DNA of 64,000 nucleotides, taken from NCBI GenBank assembly GCA_963169855.1, contig CAUJCN010000002.1, forward strand, positions 517,608-581,607, written 5' to 3'. Under the pieces are notes generated by a model that worked only from the letters and a program-made list of their open reading frames with translations, made no database searches and had not been told where the DNA came from. A program made the position numbers and the translations under genes. This document shows positions 8,969 to 18,200 of this stretch, one piece after another. Numbering within the stretch: position 1 is the stretch's first letter; every line of letters begins with the position of its first letter. The DNA comes from Patescibacteria group bacterium (lineage in GTDB: Bacteria > Patescibacteriota > Dojkabacteria > J137).

Positions 8969-9820
8969 ATGAAAAATGATGTTAGTGTATACGAACCCAA
9001 TCAAAGATTAAAGACTGGAATCCTTTCTTCGTACATAATGATGATTCGGAACATAGTTGCCTCGAGAGAGCTTATCTATCAGCTATTCAGAAGGGACTTT
9101 GTGTTAGCTTATAAAAAATCATTTTTGGGATTCAGCTGGGTGTTGATATCTCCTATAGTCGGAATTCTTTCTTGGCTACTACTTAATGGAACTGGTGTTT
9201 TAAATCCTGGAGATTTACCAATTGATTTTGCACCTTACGTTTTACTTACATCATCGCTTTGGGGATTGTTTATGGGATTTTACTCCTCTGCACAAGCAAC
9301 TTTGGATGCTGGAAGCGGATTTATTAATCAGGTAAAATTCCCTCACGAAGCACTTTTGGTAAAGCAGACAGCTCAGCATTTAGCAAACTTCTCACTCACA
9401 TTTTTGGTAAGCGTTGTTACTTTGCTAATTTTTGGAATCGTTCCTAATATTACTATTGTTCTTTTCCCAATTGTGATTCTTCCATTATTCTTCTTAGGAG
9501 GAGGAATTGGGTTAGTGATGTCTGTTATCAATGTTGTTACACCAGACTTTGTTAGATTCTTTGGGGTATTTTTAGGTTTTGTTTTTTATGCAACACCAAT
9601 TATTTATTCTCCTAATATCGAAAATCCCCTATTACAGTCCTTAATCCAGATTAATCCACTTACTTATTTGATTGGTGCTGCTAGGGACATTATAGTTAGT
9701 GGAAGCATTGGAAACATTGATAGATTTTTAGCCACTAGTATAGTTTCCTTTGTAATATTCTTAATCTCTCTCAGATTGTTTTTTGTTTCAGAGGATAAAG
9801 TTATCGAAAGAATGATTTAA
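8969..9820 (+). CDS. ABC-2 type polysaccharide/teichoic-acid exporter permease (Wzm/TagG-like)
   Basis: Six hydrophobic segments, 283 aa, immediately upstream of and coupled to a Wzt-like ATPase. Confidence 0.7.
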   Translation: MKNDVSVYEPNQRLKTGILSSYIMMIRNIVASRELIYQLFRRDFVLAYKKSFLGFSWVLISPIVGILSWLLLNGTGVLNPGDLPIDFAPYVLLTSSLWGLFMGFYSSAQATLDAGSGFINQVKFPHEALLVKQTAQHLANFSLTFLVSVVTLLIFGIVPNITIVLFPIVILPLFFLGGGIGLVMSVINVVTPDFVRFFGVFLGFVFYATPIIYSPNIENPLLQSLIQINPLTYLIGAARDIIVSGSIGNIDRFLATSIVSFVIFLISLRLFFVSEDKVIERMI

Positions 9821-9823
9821 ATT

Positions 9824-11035
9824 ATGGAAGAAAATCTAGTAGTAAGAGTAGAAAATTTATCGAAAAAATTCACAAGAAATATTAAACATACTTTGATCTA
9901 TGGGACAATTGATGTTCTTAAAAGTATGATTGGCTTCAAACCGAACACTGCAAAACTCCGAAGAGGCGAATTTTGGGCACTTAAGAATATAAATTTTGAT
10001 CTTAAGAAGGGAGAAGTCCTTGGAATTATTGGAGAGAATGGTTCAGGAAAATCTACACTTTTACGTCTGTTAACAGGAATCTTTCCCCCAGATATTGGGA
10101 CGGTAACTATCAGAGGACGAATTGGTGCACTGATTGCTGTAGGAGCAGGTTTCAATCCACATATGAGTGGATATGAAAACATTTACCTCAATGGAACCAT
10201 TTTAGGTGCAACAACCAGCGAGATACACGATAAGATAGAAGAGATAGTGAATTTTGCCGATATTGGCGAGTTTATACATGCCCCTGTTTCTACATATTCC
10301 TCTGGGATGAGAGTTAGACTTGGGTTTTCTTGCGCAATTCATTTCACGCCAGAAATATTGTTGATCGATGAGGTTTTGAGTGTCGGAGATCTAAATTTCA
10401 GACAAAAATGTTTTAGGAAAATTGACGAGATAAGAAAAGATACGTCGATCATTTTCATTTCACACAATATGAATCAAGTACAAAGATTGTGTGACCGAGT
10501 AATTGTAATGGACCATGGTGAAATAATTTTTGATGGTGAGACTTCAAAAGGAGTATCGCATTATTTAGAAATAAATAATCAGACATCGCAACAAAATTCC
10601 GACAGTTTCTTGATTGTGAACGAAACAACCGAATCTATTTCAAAATTGAATTTAGAATTGATCGATGAGAGTGGAGTGGCTAAAGCTTCTTTGAACTACC
10701 TTGAGACTTTGAAAATACTAACTTCTTTTGAAAGTAACGTTGAAATGGAAGAAGTCTTGATTGCCTTTGTCCTGTACTCTTCTGACGGAGTGGCTATAAC
10801 CAAATTCGGACCAGAAGGAGCGACTAAGATAATTAAGGGAATCAATAAATTTAGCATTGAAGTTACACAGCCATTTTTCTTACCAGGGAACTATTACATC
10901 GGTTTTAAATGGAGAGAGAAAAATAACTCAGTAATCGCTGACGCTACTACGAAAAGTTTCCGAATTACTCAGCCAAAGGACTACACAGTATCTGTTGGGC
11001 TGATCGATTCTAAATCAGTTCTAACAAAGCATTAA
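9824..11035 (+). CDS. ABC exporter ATP-binding protein with C-terminal carbohydrate-binding domain (Wzt/TagH-like)
   Basis: Walker A GENGSGKSTLLRLLTG, signature YSSGMRVRLGF, Walker B LLIDEVLSVGD; about 150 aa beta-rich C-terminal extension (403 aa total). Confidence 0.8.
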   Translation: MEENLVVRVENLSKKFTRNIKHTLIYGTIDVLKSMIGFKPNTAKLRRGEFWALKNINFDLKKGEVLGIIGENGSGKSTLLRLLTGIFPPDIGTVTIRGRIGALIAVGAGFNPHMSGYENIYLNGTILGATTSEIHDKIEEIVNFADIGEFIHAPVSTYSSGMRVRLGFSCAIHFTPEILLIDEVLSVGDLNFRQKCFRKIDEIRKDTSIIFISHNMNQVQRLCDRVIVMDHGEIIFDGETSKGVSHYLEINNQTSQQNSDSFLIVNETTESISKLNLELIDESGVAKASLNYLETLKILTSFESNVEMEEVLIAFVLYSSDGVAITKFGPEGATKIIKGINKFSIEVTQPFFLPGNYYIGFKWREKNNSVIADATTKSFRITQPKDYTVSVGLIDSKSVLTKH

Positions 11036-11050
11036 TTTTAGTATTTGCTT

Positions 11051-11863
11051 ATGCAGTCATTTATTATACGTTCGGTTGGGGAAAGAACTACCATGTTCTT
11101 GGAAAATCAAATTAGAAGTTATTTTCCAGGTTCCGAAATTATCATCATCAAGGAAAGTCCTTTCACTGCAGCACTTACTTCAACATATACGATTGGCAAA
11201 GAAATGAAAGGTGACTGGATTTCAGTTTTAGATGCTGATGTAATAATAGACATTTCAGGATTCAAGAAATTATTAGAAAAAGCCAAGAGTCAGCCTTCGC
11301 AAGTATTTGAGGTGCAAGGAATAGTTTTAGACAAAATGTTTGGAAAATTTAGACCAGCTGGCGTACATATTTACAATAAAAAGCATTTCGACAGAGCGGT
11401 TGAATTTGTACCTAAAAAGGAAGAGTCACTCCGACCAGAAAGCTTTGTGATGAGAAAGATGGCAGCTGAAGGTTTTCCTTTTGTTCAAACTAATATAATT
11501 AGCGGACTACATGATTTCGAACAATTTTATAAAGATGTTTATAGAACTGGGTTTATACATGGGAAGAAGCATTTAGCGTATGAATCTGAACTTACAACTT
11601 TTTGGAACTCTACAACTGATCCCGATTACCAAGTTGCGCTGATTGGTTTTAATGCAGGTAAGAGTGACAAAGAAATAAACTTTGTAACAAACGAAATTGA
11701 CGAAAGTCCTTTGTTACAGTATTTCTCAGATGCCAAAATTGAAGAGAAGAGTGCCGATGTAAGTTTAACAAAGATCGACATAGAAACAATTATAAAAAAC
11801 CATTTGAATCTTGTAGATAGGATTTCTTATAATTTAATTAAAACAAAATTTACATATAAATAA
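11051..11863 (+). CDS. Hypothetical protein, possibly GT-A-like (DxD)
   Basis: VLDADVIIDISG resembles a DxD motif. ATG at 11051; the ORF-track start 11045 is TTG. Confidence 0.35.
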   Translation: MQSFIIRSVGERTTMFLENQIRSYFPGSEIIIIKESPFTAALTSTYTIGKEMKGDWISVLDADVIIDISGFKKLLEKAKSQPSQVFEVQGIVLDKMFGKFRPAGVHIYNKKHFDRAVEFVPKKEESLRPESFVMRKMAAEGFPFVQTNIISGLHDFEQFYKDVYRTGFIHGKKHLAYESELTTFWNSTTDPDYQVALIGFNAGKSDKEINFVTNEIDESPLLQYFSDAKIEEKSADVSLTKIDIETIIKNHLNLVDRISYNLIKTKFTYK

Positions 11864-11870
11864 AACTTCT

Positions 11871-12443
11871 ATGACAAACCTAGACGATTTAATCAAAGCT
11901 GATGATATTTTAATTGATTGCGGAGCAAATGTAGGACAAGAAACGTTACCTGCACTGGAAGCTGGTGCCGAAGTATACTCATTTGAACCTAATCCATATG
12001 CATTTAAAGAGTTACTTACCAAAGCATACTTACATCCTAAAGCCCACCTATATCCTGCTGCAGTTTTGGATACAAATTCTGAAATGAATCTTTATTTGCA
12101 TCAAAATAATGATGAAGACCCTGTAACTTGGTCCACTGGATCCTCATTGATGAGTAGCAAACGAAATGTGAATCAAGAAAATTTTGTAACTGTTCCTGTT
12201 ATCGACTTAATTAGTTTTATTTCAAGATTTGACAAGCAAGTAAAAGTTCTTAAGTTAGATGTGGAGGGAGCTGAGTACATTATTTTAAAAGCATTGATTC
12301 AAAGTGGAGTATACAAGAAAATTGATCATATTCTAGTGGAAACTCATGACGGTAAAATTCCCGAGCTAGATGGTGAAAAGGAAGCACTAGATAAGTTGAT
12401 TTTGGAACACGGCGTAACAAATATTGATCGGACTTGGAAATAA
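11871..12443 (+). CDS. FkbM-family methyltransferase
   Basis: ILIDCGANVGQETL resembles FkbM motif I (D-x-G-A-N-x-G); 190 aa. Confidence 0.6.
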   Translation: MTNLDDLIKADDILIDCGANVGQETLPALEAGAEVYSFEPNPYAFKELLTKAYLHPKAHLYPAAVLDTNSEMNLYLHQNNDEDPVTWSTGSSLMSSKRNVNQENFVTVPVIDLISFISRFDKQVKVLKLDVEGAEYIILKALIQSGVYKKIDHILVETHDGKIPELDGEKEALDKLILEHGVTNIDRTWK

Positions 12444-13159
12444 TGAGTAGCCAAAAAAACTTTCTTTTGGAGTTAAAAAACAAAGTAATATCTGACAGCT
12501 CTTATTCAGTTAGGCGATATTTTGTTGATAAGTTTTTTTACGAAAGTGTAGATCTATTGCCAGAAAAATCTCTAATTTTAGATATTGGCGGGGTAAAGAA
12601 TAGTAAACGAGGGATGTTTGATATAAGAAAATTCAATCTTGAGGTTAAATATTTAAACATATCCGAAAAAGCTGAACCAGACATAATGGCCGATGCAACG
12701 AGTATACCTGTGGAAGACAATTCATTTGACGGAGCAATCCTTGGCGAAGTTTTGGAGCATATTAGTCACCCAGAAAAGGTTTTAAAAGAAGCACACAGAG
12801 TTATTAAAACTGGAGGAAATCTTTTGATAACTACACCATTCCTTTTTCAAATTCATGGAGATCCTGATGATTATTTAAGATATACCGACTCTTGGTACAA
12901 AAAGATTCTTGAAGAAATAGGTTTTGAGATTGTAAAGATAGATAGACACGGAGGGTATTTTTCAGTTTTAACTAATCAGCTAAAGAATTTCTTTCATCAA
13001 AGTAATTTTGAGAATTTTAGAATTAGATTCTTTTCAAAATTATTACTGAAATACCTTATTAAGAATTTCTTATCACTTGACGAGAAAGCTAAAAACTATT
13101 CAGGAAATCTTTTATCCGGATCTACAACTGGATTCGGAATTGTTTGCGTAAAAAAATGA
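12443..13159 (+). CDS. Class I SAM-dependent methyltransferase (Methyltransf_11-like)
   Basis: ILDIGGVKN motif I, then AILGEVLEHISHPEKVLKEAHRVIKTGGNLLITTP. ATG at 12443 overlaps the TAA of the previous gene; the ORF-track start 12434 is TTG. Confidence 0.65.
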   Translation: MSSQKNFLLELKNKVISDSSYSVRRYFVDKFFYESVDLLPEKSLILDIGGVKNSKRGMFDIRKFNLEVKYLNISEKAEPDIMADATSIPVEDNSFDGAILGEVLEHISHPEKVLKEAHRVIKTGGNLLITTPFLFQIHGDPDDYLRYTDSWYKKILEEIGFEIVKIDRHGGYFSVLTNQLKNFFHQSNFENFRIRFFSKLLLKYLIKNFLSLDEKAKNYSGNLLSGSTTGFGIVCVKK

Positions 13160-14178
13160 ACTGGTTCTTCAAAAGAAAAACGAAAATTCATTATGTAGCG
13201 GATGGAGTAGACTGGGTTATTTCCGAGATTGGGAAAAGCCTGCAGAAACACCTTGCAGATTATGAAGTGATTGTAAGTCCAGATTTTTCGCAAGCTACTG
13301 TAAATGACATTATTCACTTCTCAAATAGATATCAAATCGATCAAATAACCGAAGAAATCAAAAGTAAGAAGATATTGATAACTTATTATCACGGCGAAAA
13401 TGATGATCACGAACTTGTAGAAAAATTCAAAAGCAAAATGCACTTAATTAAATTCATTGTGACTTCAAACGAACTTACTAAGAAGCATTTGCTTGAAAGT
13501 GGTTTTGAGGAGAGTAAAATTGTGGTTATTCCTATCGGGATTGAAGTTAGTGATTTCATAGAAGTAAATGCTGAAGAAAAAGCTAAGTTAAGAACCGAAT
13601 TTGGTGTTCCAAACGATTCGTATGCGATTGGCTCTTTTGTAAAAGATGGAAATGGTTGGGGAGATGGAATGGAACCGAAGCTAATTAAAGGACCAGACGT
13701 TTTTTGTGATGTTATAGAAAAATTGAATCAGCAATTGAATGGAAAAGTTTTTGTAGTTTTGACTGGACCAGCAAGAGGATATGTAAAAAAGAGACTAGAT
13801 GATGCAAAAATTCCTTACATTCATAAATTCCTAGATGATTATTCTGAGATTGTAAATTACTACAATTTGATTGATCTATACATTATTCCTGCAAGACTAG
13901 AAGGTGGTCCAAGATCAGTTTTAGAAGCACCAGCTGCAGGAGTTCCTGTTGTTTCGACACGAGTTGGAATGGTTCCTGAAATAATTGAAAATGGTGTTTC
14001 TGGATTTATAACAGAGATTGAAGATGTTGATAAATTAACTGAATACTCAAAACAAGTTTTATTAGATAAAGATCTGGCTAAAAAGTTCGTAGAAGAGGCA
14101 AGAAAATCGATATCGAGGTATGATTATGGATATATCTCTAACGAATTTAATGATCTTATTTATAAAAAGCTTAAGTAA
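13156..14178 (+). CDS. Glycosyltransferase family 4-like (GT-B)
   Basis: C-terminal E-x7-E-type motif LEGGPRSVLEAPAAGVPVVSTRVGMVPEII. ATG at 13156, ATGA overlap with the upstream gene. Confidence 0.65.
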   Translation: MNWFFKRKTKIHYVADGVDWVISEIGKSLQKHLADYEVIVSPDFSQATVNDIIHFSNRYQIDQITEEIKSKKILITYYHGENDDHELVEKFKSKMHLIKFIVTSNELTKKHLLESGFEESKIVVIPIGIEVSDFIEVNAEEKAKLRTEFGVPNDSYAIGSFVKDGNGWGDGMEPKLIKGPDVFCDVIEKLNQQLNGKVFVVLTGPARGYVKKRLDDAKIPYIHKFLDDYSEIVNYYNLIDLYIIPARLEGGPRSVLEAPAAGVPVVSTRVGMVPEIIENGVSGFITEIEDVDKLTEYSKQVLLDKDLAKKFVEEARKSISRYDYGYISNEFNDLIYKKLK

Positions 14179-14180
14179 AT

Positions 14181-15080
14181 ATGAAGATCCACATAATCTT
14201 TAAAGAAGTAGATGGACCTTGGGGAGGCGGAAATCAGTTTATAAAAGCTTTACGGAGAGCTTTGATAAAACAAAACGTTTACACAGATAATCCTGAAGAA
14301 AGCGATGCAATTCTTTTCAACAGTCATCACAATGTTGAAAAAATTGTTGAGTTCAAATCGAGATTCCCAAACAAGTTATTTGTTCACAGAATCGATGGAC
14401 CTGTTTGCTTAGTTCGAGGAACACCGAATATGGAAACGGATCACGAAGTTTTTGACTTGAACAATCAGTTTGCTGGAATGTCTATTTTACAATCGTCTTG
14501 GAGTTTGAACGCTTCATATTTATTAGGATTTAAACCAGTCAACCCTGTTTTGATTAACAATGCTTCTAACAAAGAAATCTTTCATAAAAATGGCAAGTCT
14601 CCTTTCAATAGAGATAAAGTAAAGGTTATTAGTTCAAGTTGGTCATCAGCAAAAAACAAAGGTTTAGAAACTTTCCAGTGGTTGGATGAGAACCTGGATT
14701 TCTCAAGATACTCATACAGTTTCGTAGGTAGAGTAGATGCAGAATTCAAAAATATTCAGAAGCTTGAACCACAAGCATCTGACGAATTAGCTAATACATT
14801 GAGATCTCACGATATTTTCATAGCACCAAACATTAACGATACTTTCTCTAACGCGATAAATGAGGCAGTAACTTGCGGATTACCAGTTGCTTACTTTAAT
14901 AGCGGAGGAAATGCTGAAGTTGTTCAACAAGGAGGAATTCCATACAACAATTTTGAGGAATTATTGAAGGCACTTGATGTTATTTCCGACAATTACGAAG
15001 TCTACAGATCTTTGATTAAACCTAGAGACATTGATGATATAGCGTCTCAGTATATTTCAGCAATTAAAAAAAATCTTTAA
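14181..15080 (+). CDS. Putative glycosyltransferase (GT-B-like)
   Basis: AINEAVTCGLPVAYFNSGGNAEVV resembles a GT-B C-terminal nucleotide-sugar binding segment. Confidence 0.4.
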   Translation: MKIHIIFKEVDGPWGGGNQFIKALRRALIKQNVYTDNPEESDAILFNSHHNVEKIVEFKSRFPNKLFVHRIDGPVCLVRGTPNMETDHEVFDLNNQFAGMSILQSSWSLNASYLLGFKPVNPVLINNASNKEIFHKNGKSPFNRDKVKVISSSWSSAKNKGLETFQWLDENLDFSRYSYSFVGRVDAEFKNIQKLEPQASDELANTLRSHDIFIAPNINDTFSNAINEAVTCGLPVAYFNSGGNAEVVQQGGIPYNNFEELLKALDVISDNYEVYRSLIKPRDIDDIASQYISAIKKNL

Positions 15081-16087
15081 TGTTTTGGAATAGAAGAACC
15101 CAAAAGAAATTGTTTATACCAAAGGTGGATAAATTCTATGGTGGTCCAAAAACCTTTCTGACAAATTTGTCTAAGTACCTCCACGAAAAGGGAGTAAAAA
15201 CCATTTCTGACCCCTTAAATTCAGATTTAATTTTCTTCCCGGTTGAATTTCCTAAGGAAATTTTGGAGAAAGCATCAAAAAAAAAGATTCCGATAGTCCA
15301 AAGACTGGATGGAGTATTCTACGAGCCTGAGCACAATAAAGCTCAGTTAGAATTCGATAATTACGTAAAGGAGATCTATTTAAAGTACGCAAACTACGTT
15401 ATATTTCAAAGTGAATATAGTAAATCTCAATGTTTTTTTAAATACGGAGAAAAAAGCCCCGACCAGTTTTCGCTTATTGTTAATGGTGTGGATAAAACCA
15501 TATTCTATCCTAGTGATTCCGAGCATGATCCTACAAATTTTATTCGTTTTGTTACCACAGGTAATATCAGAAGAAAGGAGATGATCGAACCTATTGTACT
15601 GGCACTAGACGAGCTTAGAACAGAATTTAACTTTGAATTGACAGTTGTGGGAAAAATTACTGATGAACTGAAACCATATCTCAACCGAGACTATCTAAAC
15701 TACGTTGGACCTAAAGAACTTCAAGAAGTTTCGAAAATTTTGCGAAACTCAGATATCTTTTTATTCTCTTTTTTAAATCCTGCATGCCCGAACTCAGTAA
15801 TTGAAGCAGTATCTACAGGGTTGCCAGTTGTTTCATTCGATTCCGGCTCAATGAAAGAGCTTGTAGGGTTCAATAAAGATCTGTTGGCCTTTGTATCAGA
15901 TGATTTGTTTCAAAATGTTAAGGATTTCAAATACGAGAAACTAAAAGAAAAAATTAAACTTTGTGTCGATAATTTTAGAAAGTATAAAAAGGAATCATAC
16001 TTACAATCTTCACTTTACTCATTCGAAACTTGCGGAGATCAGTATATGGAGACTTTTAATGCTATTATTAATCAGAAACCTAAATAA
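15080..16087 (+). CDS. Glycosyltransferase family 4-like
   Basis: NSVIEAVSTGLPVVSFDSGSMKELV. Confidence 0.55.
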   Translation: MFWNRRTQKKLFIPKVDKFYGGPKTFLTNLSKYLHEKGVKTISDPLNSDLIFFPVEFPKEILEKASKKKIPIVQRLDGVFYEPEHNKAQLEFDNYVKEIYLKYANYVIFQSEYSKSQCFFKYGEKSPDQFSLIVNGVDKTIFYPSDSEHDPTNFIRFVTTGNIRRKEMIEPIVLALDELRTEFNFELTVVGKITDELKPYLNRDYLNYVGPKELQEVSKILRNSDIFLFSFLNPACPNSVIEAVSTGLPVVSFDSGSMKELVGFNKDLLAFVSDDLFQNVKDFKYEKLKEKIKLCVDNFRKYKKESYLQSSLYSFETCGDQYMETFNAIINQKPK

Positions 16088-16106
16088 TATATTTAATTTC
16101 TTTCAA

Positions 16107-17153
16107 ATGAAAATTTTAGTAACAGGAGCGGCTGGATTTATTGGATTCCATTTAACAAAACAACTTTTAGATAACGGTGAAGATGTTGTAGGCATTGATT
16201 CTATTAACACATATTACGACCCTGCTTTAAAAATCGCAAGACTAACTGAGCTTGGTATTGCTAGTGACAAATTAGAAAGTGGAGTTATTAAAAGTAGAAC
16301 TTATGAAAATTTCAAATTTCTAAGAATTGATTTAACAGAATACGATAAAATTTTGAAACTTTTTGCTGATAGTAAATTTGATGTTGTAATTAACCTGGCA
16401 GCGCAAGCAGGTGTTCGATACGCACTACAGAATCCTCAAGTTTATGTTGATAGTAATTTAAATGGATTCTTTAATATCCTTGAATGTTGCAAAACCTATC
16501 CTGTAAAACATTTGATTTTCGCTAGTAGTTCTTCAGTATATGGTTTGAATGAAGAGATTCCTTTCTCAGAACACCATAGTACCGATCATCCTACAAGCCT
16601 TTATGCAGCTACAAAGAAAGCGAATGAAGTATTAGCACATTCATATAGCCACATTCACGGAATACCAACTACTGGATTAAGATTCTTTACAGTTTACGGA
16701 CCGTGGGGAAGACCAGACATGGCATTATTTAAATTCACAAAGAACATTCTAGAAGAAAATGAGATTGAAATTTTTGGACATGGAGAAATGTATCGAGACT
16801 TTACTTATGTTCAAGATATTGTAGAGGCAATTTCGAGATTAGTTGACAAAGCACCGGAAAAAAACATTCACTGGGATGCAAAAAAACACGATCCTGCAAC
16901 ATCTTCTTCACCATACAGAATTTTAAATATTGGAAGAGGGCAGCCGGTAAAATTACAGGATTTCGTAGATATTCTTGAAAAAAAACTCAACAAGAAAGCT
17001 ATTAAGAAATACGTTGATATTCAGCCTGGGGAAGTTGTTACTACATATGCAGATACATCTGAATTGGAAAAATTAACTGGATTCAAACCAATTGTGAATA
17101 TAGAGCAAGGTGTATCTGATTTTGTCGATTGGTACTTAAACTACTATAAATAA
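16107..17153 (+). CDS. NAD-dependent epimerase/dehydratase, UDP-glucuronate 4-epimerase-like
   Basis: MKILVTGAAGFIGFHLTKQLLDNGEDVVGIDSINTYYDPALKIARL is typical of Cap1J/WbnF-type epimerases; SDR YAATKKANE. The ORF-track start 15963 overlaps the previous GT; ATG at 16107 is preferred. Confidence 0.7.
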   Translation: MKILVTGAAGFIGFHLTKQLLDNGEDVVGIDSINTYYDPALKIARLTELGIASDKLESGVIKSRTYENFKFLRIDLTEYDKILKLFADSKFDVVINLAAQAGVRYALQNPQVYVDSNLNGFFNILECCKTYPVKHLIFASSSSVYGLNEEIPFSEHHSTDHPTSLYAATKKANEVLAHSYSHIHGIPTTGLRFFTVYGPWGRPDMALFKFTKNILEENEIEIFGHGEMYRDFTYVQDIVEAISRLVDKAPEKNIHWDAKKHDPATSSSPYRILNIGRGQPVKLQDFVDILEKKLNKKAIKKYVDIQPGEVVTTYADTSELEKLTGFKPIVNIEQGVSDFVDWYLNYYK

Positions 17154-17155
17154 GC

Positions 17156-18181
17156 ATGAGTTCACCAAAAATCTCGGTTCTAATGTCTGTTTATAATGGC
17201 GAAGACTTTTTGGCTGAAACTATCAAAAGTGTTTTAAATCAAACCTTCACAGATTTTGAATTCTTAATAATCGACGATGGTTCTTCAGATTCCTCTGGTG
17301 AAATAGTGAAATCTTTCAACGATGAAAGGATCGTTTTAATAAGGAATGAAAGTTCTTTAGGATTAACTAGAAATCTAGCAAATGGAGTAAATTCAGCGAA
17401 AGGAGAGTACATTGCAAGAATAGATGCAGATGATCTAATGATGCCAACAAGGTTAGAAAAGCAGTTCACATTTATGGAGAACAATTCTGAGATTTCCGTT
17501 GTTGGTAGTGCGATGCAAACTTTTGGAGACATCGATCTAATTTGGGGGAATCCAGAAGGAGATGCTTATATAAAATCTGGGCTATTGTTTTCATCGGCAC
17601 TTTATCACCCTTCTGTGATGATAAGAAAGTCATTTTTAGTTAATAGTAATACAAATTACAATCCCGATTTTAAATATGCCCAAGACTATCGATTGTGGAC
17701 AGATGTTCTTATTGCAAACGGAAAATTCGCGAATGTTTCCGAGCCTCTTACGAAATATAGAGTACATAGTAGTAGTATCACTTCTACAAAGAAACCTGAA
17801 CAAATTGCACTTGCAGATAGAATTAGAAGAGAACTTGCAGAAAGACTAGGGATTGAATTCACAGATAAGGAGATCGCATTGTTAAAAGTGATCAACAATT
17901 CGTACACAGGTTTAGACCTGAAATCTATGGATACTATCTTCTGCAAATATATTAGCGGGAAGCATGTTCCAGAACATTTGAATATTCAATTCCTAAAGAT
18001 CTATTTAAGAAAAAAAATAATAGAGTTTTTGAGATCATCTGGACTTGAAACAGAAGCATTATGGAAAGCCTTGCAGTCTTGTAAAATTTTCACTTTATTC
18101 GAAAAATTTAAATTCTTTCTGTTAAAATTTAAATACTCAGATCCAAATGTTTATTTAGATAGGGTCGCTCACAATTTATAA
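17156..18181 (+). CDS. Glycosyltransferase family 2
   Basis: SVLMSVYNGEDFLAETIKSVLNQTFTDFEFLIIDDGSSDSS; DAD motif ARIDADDLM. Confidence 0.65.
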   Translation: MSSPKISVLMSVYNGEDFLAETIKSVLNQTFTDFEFLIIDDGSSDSSGEIVKSFNDERIVLIRNESSLGLTRNLANGVNSAKGEYIARIDADDLMMPTRLEKQFTFMENNSEISVVGSAMQTFGDIDLIWGNPEGDAYIKSGLLFSSALYHPSVMIRKSFLVNSNTNYNPDFKYAQDYRLWTDVLIANGKFANVSEPLTKYRVHSSSITSTKKPEQIALADRIRRELAERLGIEFTDKEIALLKVINNSYTGLDLKSMDTIFCKYISGKHVPEHLNIQFLKIYLRKKIIEFLRSSGLETEALWKALQSCKIFTLFEKFKFFLLKFKYSDPNVYLDRVAHNL

Positions 18182-18200
18182 ATAAGATTTTCAACTTCTC

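Noticed and set aside
9898-10182. Antisense ORFs inside well-supported genes (9898..10182, 17239..17532, 17686..17946, 27146..27436, 27570..27851, 33596..33784, 33833..34150, 41567..41956, 63624..63929 and others)
   Set aside because: Each lies entirely within a gene with strong motif support on the opposite strand (Wzt, GT2, rpsD, rpoA, tig, dual GT, dnaN). They are treated as shadow ORFs.
15963-16106. Extended N-terminus of the epimerase ORF overlapping the preceding glycosyltransferase
   Set aside because: The conserved Rossmann N-terminus MKILVTGAAGFIG begins at ATG 16107. The upstream 48 codons overlap the 3' end of gene 15080..16087 and are low-complexity.
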